This document shows positions 26,367-32,000 of a stretch of DNA of 32,000 nucleotides, in pieces; positions within the stretch are counted from its first letter, which is position 1, and every line of letters starts with the position of its first letter. A model generated the notes under the pieces. It saw only the letters and a list, made by a program, of their open reading frames with translations, had not been told where the DNA came from and made no database searches. This DNA is from Fibrobacter succinogenes subsp. succinogenes S85. GTDB taxonomy: Bacteria; Fibrobacterota; Fibrobacteria; Fibrobacterales; Fibrobacteraceae. The DNA is taken from the NCBI RefSeq assembly GCF_000146505.1, contig NC_017448.1:510001-542000 (forward strand). The letters run 5' to 3'. Both the position numbers and the translations under genes were made by a program.

Positions 26367-27106
26367 ACCATCAGTTCTGCACTAGAGATATCGGTATTGC
26401 CCTTACCTACAATAGCACCAACATTAGTTCCTTGAAATTCAGAATTGCTGACCTTGACATCATGGATATAACCATTAAAGACTCTTGTACCATCTAGACC
26501 AGTCACGCCTTCTGCAATAATACCTGCACTAGAATTTGTCGCACTAGCATTTAAATAGGCGTCGTCAAAATTCATATTGTACATAGTACCACTAAACTTT
26601 TCAATAAAGGCAACTATTTGAACATTCCCAAAGTGACAAAGTCCAGAAATGACATAGGGTTCATTCGTTTGAGGATCAATCTGAGAATACAAAGTCTGAA
26701 ATGAATACAGAGTAATCATCTTGCCATTAAAAGCGTTATTGCCCTCTGCACAGCCAATGATACTGCGACCAGCAAACTTGATATCCGACGTTACGCGCAC
26801 AAACGCAATAGCACCTTGTTTTGCGGAAAGCCAATTGTTCAAGTAGGTGTTGGCGTCTGGCGTTCCGGCGCCAGTCGGATTTGCCTCATACCATTTATCA
26901 AAACAGACTTCACCAGTCGCCGGGGTCTCCGTATCAGGTTTTTGGCTAAAATTCAACCGAGGATAATCGAGTGTGCCTTCTTTATCTTCAATGAAGCAGA
27001 ATTTTAAACCATCGCCTGGGTCAGCGGCATTGGCAAACGAGACCCCGAAAGAAGCGCTCATTACAAAAAGCGCGACAAAAACGAAGAAAAAAGAACTTCT
27101 TCTCAT
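26363..27106 (-). CDS. Secreted protein with GLUG-like repeats (probably the N-terminal part of a disrupted gene)
   Basis: Signal peptide MRRSSFFFVFVALFVMSASFGVSFANA. AGGATAGG RBS. SAGIIAEG...NVGAIVGKG resembles GLUG motifs. It ends at a TGA that overlaps the next ORF. Confidence 0.65.
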   Translation of the reverse strand: MRRSSFFFVFVALFVMSASFGVSFANAADPGDGLKFCFIEDKEGTLDYPRLNFSQKPDTETPATGEVCFDKWYEANPTGAGTPDANTYLNNWLSAKQGAIAFVRVTSDIKFAGRSIIGCAEGNNAFNGKMITLYSFQTLYSQIDPQTNEPYVISGLCHFGNVQIVAFIEKFSGTMYNMNFDDAYLNASATNSSAGIIAEGVTGLDGTRVFNGYIHDVKVSNSEFQGTNVGAIVGKGNTDISSAELMV

Positions 27107-27250
27107 ACAAAACCTATCCTAATTACCCGATTCGAAATATAGCTAACCTACAAAAAGTATACAATGTTAAAAATTTGCATAGTGATATAACGCACGGGGC
27201 CCCTCCTTATTTTGAGTGTATAAAGTTTTTTTAAGAACGATACATTTTTT

Positions 27251-27281
27251 TCACACACATTCTTGATTAGGAATACATAAT
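27251..27281 (+). promoter_or_regulatory. Module promoter P1 (before the 65-aa ORF)
   Basis: T7 tract, TCACACAC, 17-nt spacer, CATAAT (27276-27281). Confidence 0.45.
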
Positions 27282-27356
27282 CATAGTGCAATTTCAAACG
27301 GAATTGTCGCACAAGGTTGGCGAATCCAGCCTTTTCAAACTCAAAAGGTAATAAAA

Positions 27357-27554
27357 ATGGCAATTGAAGCCCTCGCCGCCATGGCGGCTAAGAAAGCAGT
27401 AGTTGATGTAGCACCCGTAGTAGTAACAGCTGTTGCGACTGCGATAACAAAGGAAATCATCAACCATAGCGACGACATCATCGAAGAAATGGCTTGCGCA
27501 CCCTTCAAGGTCGCAGGTGAAATTCTAGACAGCATTGACCGCTGGTTCTTCTAA
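27357..27554 (+). CDS. Small hypothetical protein (65 aa), Ala/Val-rich N-terminal half and acidic C-terminal half
   Basis: AAAGG RBS. It has its own promoter-like element and its own strong terminator, giving a discrete monocistronic layout. Confidence 0.55.
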   Translation: MAIEALAAMAAKKAVVDVAPVVVTAVATAITKEIINHSDDIIEEMACAPFKVAGEILDSIDRWFF

Positions 27555-27588
27555 AAAAAATACGTAAGAAGTGTTGTGGACGTATTTG

Positions 27589-27625
27589 GCGCACGCCTGA
27601 AAAAAAAGGCGTGCGTGTTTTTTTT
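27589..27625 (+). terminator. Rho-independent terminator after the 65-aa ORF
   Basis: gcgcacgcc / ggcgtgcg(t) stem, A-rich loop, T8 run. Confidence 0.8.
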
Positions 27626-27636
27626 CAAAAAAAATT

Positions 27637-27667
27637 TCGTACAACCCTACTCATTAGAATCCATAAT
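27637..27667 (+). promoter_or_regulatory. Module promoter P2 (before the NYN gene)
   Basis: TTTTTTTTCAAAAAAAA tract, TCGTACAA (27637-27644), 17-nt spacer, CATAAT (27662-27667). Confidence 0.5.
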
Positions 27668-27737
27668 CACTATGTAATTTCGAATGAAATTACCGACTCG
27701 GGCTGACGATTTCAGCCATAAAAAAAAGGAATATACA

Positions 27738-28445
27738 ATGGAAAACAATACAGCAGTTTTCGTAGATGCAGAAAATCTGACATTCTGGGCATACAACAAT
27801 GGTGTACACGACCTCATGAAAAGCCTCCAATCGCAAGGACCAGTCGTCATTCGTAAAGCTTATGGGAAATGGACATCACCTCAACTATCTCCCCTTCAAC
27901 AAGAATTCAACATCAACGGATTTGAGTTGATTCAAACGTACCACCCGATTACAGGCAAAAACTCTGCAGACATCAAGATGGTCGTTGATGCAATGGAAGC
28001 AGCCACCAACCCCTGTTTGCAAACAATTGTACTCGCAACAGGGGACTCTGACTTTTCTCCACTATTTCGCAAACTTCGCGAGATGGGGAAAAAGGTCATT
28101 GGAGTCGGCCCACTATCCAAGCTGAGTGAATGCGTACAAAGTTCCTGCACCCATTACATTTATACAGGAAGTCCCTCCCCCGTCAGCAAGATGGTAGCAT
28201 TATTTCCTGGCGAAGTTCAATCCCATGAAAGAGCCCACGCCTTTGCGACACTCCACAAGATTCTTGAGGCTCAAGACGAACCAATTCTGCTAACAAAGTT
28301 GAAGCCTCTGATGCTCAAAGAGGACAATGAGTTTGACCATGCAAAGCTCGGTTACGAGTCTTTTAAGGACTTCTTATTGGCCTCTGGGGAGGTCCATCTC
28401 AGCCCCATGATTGCAGGGCCGGTATACGCAAGCCTGGCTTCATAG
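27738..28445 (+). CDS. NYN-domain (LabA/DUF88-like, PIN-fold RNase) protein with a C-terminal OST-HTH/LOTUS domain
   Basis: VFVDAENL..., KNSADIKMVVDAME and LATGDSDFSPL are the NYN acidic motifs. The C-terminal KLGYESFKDFL helix bundle is typical of LOTUS. ATG 27738 has AAGGA upstream (track start 27684 rejected). Confidence 0.8.
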   Translation: MENNTAVFVDAENLTFWAYNNGVHDLMKSLQSQGPVVIRKAYGKWTSPQLSPLQQEFNINGFELIQTYHPITGKNSADIKMVVDAMEAATNPCLQTIVLATGDSDFSPLFRKLREMGKKVIGVGPLSKLSECVQSSCTHYIYTGSPSPVSKMVALFPGEVQSHERAHAFATLHKILEAQDEPILLTKLKPLMLKEDNEFDHAKLGYESFKDFLLASGEVHLSPMIAGPVYASLAS

Positions 28446-28464
28446 CTTTTTTTCAAAAAAAAAC

Positions 28465-28493
28465 TTGCTAAAATGGCCACACAAATGTATATT
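28465..28493 (+). promoter_or_regulatory. Module promoter P3 (before the long leader and sigma gene)
   Basis: TTTTTTTCAAAAAAAAA tract, TTGCTA (28465-28470), 17-nt spacer, TATATT (28488-28493). Confidence 0.45.
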
Positions 28494-28496
28494 ATG

Positions 28497-28847
28497 GTAG
28501 TCCCCCTTTTTTGGGGATTTTCCTATTGAACATACCGGTCCATCGGACCGTCCCTTTACATCGGTGGTGTTCCATTGGTGTATTGTGGGGGTATTCAGAT
28601 CGAGTATGCCCTTAGGAGTTAGTTTCCGCAATATCTTTTTTTGATGTCGCCCTCTAGCTCTCGCCTAGGGGGCTTTGCCTTGTTATGCAACAAAACTGAC
28701 AGGTTTTTGGGGGGTCAACCTAAGAAACCTCGTATTGATCAATTCTGTTAAGTGCGGCACTAAAACTGCCGCACCTGCATCACATCAGGCGAACGCCTGT
28801 TGCGTTGGGACATAGTGTCTACAGACATGGTCAATTACGAGGTGCAT
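28497..28847 (+). promoter_or_regulatory. Structured non-coding segment of about 350 nt (long 5' leader of the sigma gene, or an independent ncRNA)
   Basis: No credible ORF on either strand. Several strong hairpins: cggtcc/ggaccg (28536-28550), gccctctag/ctagggggc (28649-28673), gtgcggca/tgccgcac (28752-28774), caggc/gcctg (28786-28799). An internal T7 run is at 28636-28642. Confidence 0.45.
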
Positions 28848-29519
28848 ATGACACTCAAGACCCCAATCGACTACAAGCAAAGAGAAACCGAAACAGCCAT
28901 ATTAACCAACTTTTTTCAAAGATATCCAACAGAAGTCCTTGCCACTTTAGCAGCCTGGTACCGTCCCGTTCTCAAACAATGGGCTTCAAAATTTCGCAGT
29001 GAATTCTACAGGCCTGATATTCCGTTAAGAGACTACGAAGCGGTTGCTATCAGTAGCCTTGCAGATGCCGCAAAGAATTTTGACAGTACTGCCAACACAC
29101 GCTTTTCAACATATCTATACGCATACGCCAGAAACGAATGTCAAAGGCTTGCCTATAACACAAGCAACAATTTTAGGGTATTCAAGCCTTGCAAAAAAAA
29201 GAATCGCGAAGCCACCGACGCTATTCCCTTTGAAAAACTTACTGTTCAAGATTTCAACACATACAACGACATTACCTTCTATCACAGAAGCCAGCTATTG
29301 GAAAGTCAAAGAAGAATTGAACAATTTTACAACATGCTTAGACACATGAGCAACAGCACTTCTGCTGTAGCGAAAAAGCAAGCGACACGAGTTCAGGAGC
29401 TTGCACACCATGTTCTTATGGGAGGTACAAAAAAGAGCTTTTGCGATGCCTCAGGAACTAATAGGGGAACCCTTGATGAGGCCTTGATGGCCATACGTGC
29501 AAAATTACTAAAAGAATAA
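28848..29519 (+). CDS. Divergent sigma-70-family RNA polymerase sigma factor
   Basis: Region 2-like AISSLADAAKNFDSTANTRFSTYLYAYARNE (FD...RFSTY pattern). C-terminal HTH-like segment SGTNRGTLDEALMAIRAKL. ATG 28848 has GAGGTG upstream (the TTG 28800 and ATG 28827 alternatives lack an RBS). Confidence 0.7.
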   Translation: MTLKTPIDYKQRETETAILTNFFQRYPTEVLATLAAWYRPVLKQWASKFRSEFYRPDIPLRDYEAVAISSLADAAKNFDSTANTRFSTYLYAYARNECQRLAYNTSNNFRVFKPCKKKNREATDAIPFEKLTVQDFNTYNDITFYHRSQLLESQRRIEQFYNMLRHMSNSTSAVAKKQATRVQELAHHVLMGGTKKSFCDASGTNRGTLDEALMAIRAKLLKE

Positions 29520-29570
29520 TTTATTCAAAAAAGTCTACATAAACCAACTTATCCAACCAAGGGATTTCCC

Positions 29571-31199
29571 ATGAACGAGCTGGCCAATATTCAAAAAAAT
29601 ACAATGTCATCTATCCTTGGCGCAGGCGAAAAAGTCTGCAAGTCGGCGGTGTTAGATGGTATACCGGAAAGATTTGCCGAGTTTCACCGCCAGGGATACA
29701 TTCATATCCATGACTTAGAGTTTTACGACAAGACCTACAATTGCATCGGGGTATCCGTGAGCGACCTTGTCAAGGATACGGACATTCAGGTTTCTACAGT
29801 GTTACGCAGATTGTATCGTGGCATCGTGAGCCTGACAAACAATCAGTCCGGTGGAATAGGCTTTCTAGATTTCGATGGTGATATGGCCGCATACCGTATG
29901 GACGAAAGTGACGAGATCCTAACGGAGGCCTTTCGCAACTTCTTTGAAGACTTGAATATCTACTCACGAAAAGGTTGCGAGAAGCCCTACACCACGTTAA
30001 ACATCGGTTGTAGAACGTCAACGAAAGCCCGCAGGATCGCTAAAGCTGTTTTAAGCGCAGCCTTGGAAGGGAATAGTGAAGGCAAGCCGTTCATTTTCCC
30101 CAACATCGTCTTCAAGTACTCACGAGCTATCAATGGTACAGAATCCTCCCCCAACTATGACATTTTTCAGATGGCCTTGAAGGGGACTGCGAGCAGAATG
30201 ATTCCAACATATTTCAACTGCGATGCGCCTTTCAACAGGAATGCGAATCCGAACAAAATTGGAATTATGGGTTGCCGAACTCGCGTTGTCGCTGACATAC
30301 ATGGTAATACCACAGGTTTAAATAGGGGGAATATCGCCTGTGTCACGACAAATCTAGTACGGCTAGCAATTGACTCAAATCATGACTTTCAGGTATTTCT
30401 CAAAAAAATCGGTACGCTTTTTGAGGAATGCAAGGAACTGCTACTTCATCGTTTTGCAACGTTATGCAAAGGAACCTCCCCCATTTTCGCTATTGAGAAG
30501 GGCCTATACCTAGATTCGGAAAAAGGACGTGAGGTGGCGCTTATGCATGGGACGCTTTCCATTGGCTTTATCGGTCTGTGGGACGCTCTTTCGGAACTGC
30601 TTGACACAGACTTTTCTGATGTAGACAATCTTCGTATGCATCATGGAAAAGCCCTAGCAGTACTTCAGGTGATGCGGCAAAAAGTGGATTCGTTTATAGA
30701 GCAGAGCCATATGAACTTTTCGCTGTTGGCCAGTGCAGCGGAGGCAACGACCGGCATCTTTGCAGATCGTGATTTCAAGGAATACGGCATTCAATGCAAG
30801 TCTGCGGCGAAGGGTTTCTACACAAATTCCTTCCACATTCCCGTTGACACGTCAATCCGACTTTTCGAAAAAATCCAACTAGAGGCTCCTTTCCACAAAT
30901 TATGTAATGGAGGCTGCATTAGCTATGTGGAACTAGACGAACAGCCCTGCTACAATGTCGGAGCAATACAGAAGGTCGTGGAATTCGCCATGAAAAACAA
31001 CTGTAACTACTTCGGCATTAATTTCCCGCTAGACCAGTGCAACGCATGCGGTCATTTCGGAAGGATCGGCGATACGTGTAGTTCTTGCGGTTCCTCAGAC
31101 ATTTTGCGTTTGCGAAGGGTTTCCGGCTACCTTTCGGAAAAACGAGCATTTACGAAAGGGAAAAAGCGGGAACTGAACCTACGAAAAGCCTCTTTTTAG
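29571..31199 (+). CDS. nrdD: Anaerobic (class III) ribonucleoside-triphosphate reductase, short form without ATP-cone
   Basis: GYIHIHDLEFY, NQSGG and MGCRT finger-loop Cys. C-terminal Zn ribbon CNACG...CSSCG followed by the glycyl-radical motif RRVSGYL. Confidence 0.85.
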   Translation: MNELANIQKNTMSSILGAGEKVCKSAVLDGIPERFAEFHRQGYIHIHDLEFYDKTYNCIGVSVSDLVKDTDIQVSTVLRRLYRGIVSLTNNQSGGIGFLDFDGDMAAYRMDESDEILTEAFRNFFEDLNIYSRKGCEKPYTTLNIGCRTSTKARRIAKAVLSAALEGNSEGKPFIFPNIVFKYSRAINGTESSPNYDIFQMALKGTASRMIPTYFNCDAPFNRNANPNKIGIMGCRTRVVADIHGNTTGLNRGNIACVTTNLVRLAIDSNHDFQVFLKKIGTLFEECKELLLHRFATLCKGTSPIFAIEKGLYLDSEKGREVALMHGTLSIGFIGLWDALSELLDTDFSDVDNLRMHHGKALAVLQVMRQKVDSFIEQSHMNFSLLASAAEATTGIFADRDFKEYGIQCKSAAKGFYTNSFHIPVDTSIRLFEKIQLEAPFHKLCNGGCISYVELDEQPCYNVGAIQKVVEFAMKNNCNYFGINFPLDQCNACGHFGRIGDTCSSCGSSDILRLRRVSGYLSEKRAFTKGKKRELNLRKASF

Positions 31200-31223
31200 A
31201 GTTCTTTCATTTTTTTCAAAAAA

Positions 31224-31254
31224 TCGTACAAAAGCTTGGAAAATGCCCCATAAT
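31224..31254 (+). promoter_or_regulatory. Module promoter P4 (before the last ORF)
   Basis: TTTTTTTCAAAAAA tract, TCGTACAA (31224-31231), 17-nt spacer, CATAAT (31249-31254). The architecture is identical to P2. Confidence 0.5.
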
Positions 31255-31297
31255 ACGGATAGAAAATCAACCGACCATTTGGTCAAAGGATTCCTTG

Positions 31298-31900
31298 ATG
31301 AGACCGAAAGAGTTTATTGACATGTTCCCTTACGGATACACCCGCCTACGCAACTTGAACGGCAGTGCAGCCCTAAGACTTGAAACAAAGTGTACAAACG
31401 CTTACGTATATGTAAAAAAAATACACCGCAGAATGCCGGAAATCAACCAGGATATCGTAGATGACATTCAGTTAGAATGCGACAATGGAGTCATCATAGA
31501 TTGGTTCAACGACAACGCTTGCCGCTATTTCATCATAATGAGAAAGCATGACGAACTGCTCGCTTACAAGATTGTGCTGAACGCATTCTTTCAAAAAGAG
31601 ACCTTTGAAATAATAGGCTATTTCTTTGAGAATGAACACGAGAACCATCGCAAGAGAGTATACAACGAGCGCTATCTGAAAAATGTTTCACCAGATGCCT
31701 TGATAACGGAAACAGACTTTACGAATGAGCGATACGACATCATCTTTCCCGATGATGCATTAACCCACTGCAGGAGACTAGGCAATACCATTGCCATGAG
31801 CTCCATCTGCTCAACTGAGTCATGCAGTCAAAACCACAGTGATTTAAACATCCACAACAACGAATCCTTGGAGGATAACAGTGAAAGCGACATTGAGTAA
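31298..31900 (+). CDS. Hypothetical protein (200 aa) with an acidic Ser/Asn-rich tail
   Basis: ATG 31298 has AAAGGA 7 nt upstream. The track ORF extension back to 31085 overlaps nrdD and crosses the promoter. No CxxxCxxC motif, so it is not an NrdG activase. Confidence 0.6.
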   Translation: MRPKEFIDMFPYGYTRLRNLNGSAALRLETKCTNAYVYVKKIHRRMPEINQDIVDDIQLECDNGVIIDWFNDNACRYFIIMRKHDELLAYKIVLNAFFQKETFEIIGYFFENEHENHRKRVYNERYLKNVSPDALITETDFTNERYDIIFPDDALTHCRRLGNTIAMSSICSTESCSQNHSDLNIHNNESLEDNSESDIE

Positions 31901-32000
31901 AACTGCCCAAAGCATTGTTCCCGATCGGAACCTCCCCGTGTCCTTGGTAGCCAAGCCCGGACACCTCCTGCATACGGAAAATGGTCAATCAATCGTATTG

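Noticed and set aside
27148-27363. 71-aa minus-strand ORF, and the 64-aa minus-strand ORF at 27341-27535.
   Set aside because: The first lies across the P1 promoter and leader. The second is antisense to the 65-aa ORF, which has an RBS and a terminator in the plus orientation.
28440-28631. 63-aa minus-strand ORF inside the long non-coding leader.
   Set aside because: It has no RBS, runs into the promoter-like A/T tract, and its sequence is dominated by the hairpin arms. The region is better explained as structured RNA.
28497-29570. Known nrd regulatory elements (NrdR boxes, cobalamin riboswitch) upstream of nrdD.
   Set aside because: I could not find tandem 16-bp NrdR-type palindromes or a B12-box-like core by eye. 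This is not excluded and needs a covariance-model scan.
31085-31297. N-terminal extension of the last ORF, starting inside nrdD.
   Set aside because: The extension overlaps the nrdD 3' end in another frame and crosses the P4 promoter-like element. ATG 31298 has a good RBS.
31901-32000. 82-aa minus-strand ORF (31740-31988) and possible gene start at the window end.
   Set aside because: The Cys/Trp-rich translation overlaps the 3' end of the plus-strand ORF. There is too little sequence to support any call beyond 31900.

Overview
32-kb chromosomal window with about 30 protein genes and one tRNA. Core genes look about 50% GC by eye (not computed). The giant cadherin-like repeat protein, the many lipoproteins and the secreted proteins with a sorting-type C-terminus suggest a Fibrobacter/FCB-group genome, but that is an unverified guess. 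Core content, left to right: groEL 3' end; class A penicillin-binding protein (-); tRNA-Arg(ACG); a 2133-aa secreted protein of 19 cadherin-like repeats plus a terminal domain (-); a small ORF translationally coupled to an M23 peptidase; a lipoprotein; leuC-leuD; an operon-like run of L,D-transpeptidase, TPR-like protein, lipoprotein and GNAT acetyltransferase; two membrane proteins (-); a membrane protein; Fe-superoxide dismutase (-); two paralogous membrane-anchored proteins (-); and a glycan-synthesis cluster (unknown ORF, frameshifted GT2 glycosyltransferase, fucosyltransferase-like ORF). Three parts look accessory. (1) An AT-rich island at about 14.94-16.86 kb carries a complete C-protein-controlled type II restriction-modification system. 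(2) A family of short hairpin repeats (consensus GGAGATG-stem-loop-stem-CATGAC) occurs at five loci, including an inverted pair sitting in frame inside a coding region. (3) An AT-richer module from about 27.1 kb to the window end encodes a 65-aa protein, a NYN+LOTUS RNase-like protein, a roughly 350-nt structured non-coding leader, a divergent sigma-70-family factor, a short cone-less class III ribonucleotide reductase (NrdD) with no adjacent activase, and an unknown protein. Several of these units have near-identical promoter architecture (TCGTACAA-N17-CATAAT behind a T/A tract) and paralogous hairpin leaders. I consider module (3) the best candidate for an undescribed, self-regulated system. 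No CRISPR array, integrase, transposase or reverse transcriptase was seen.
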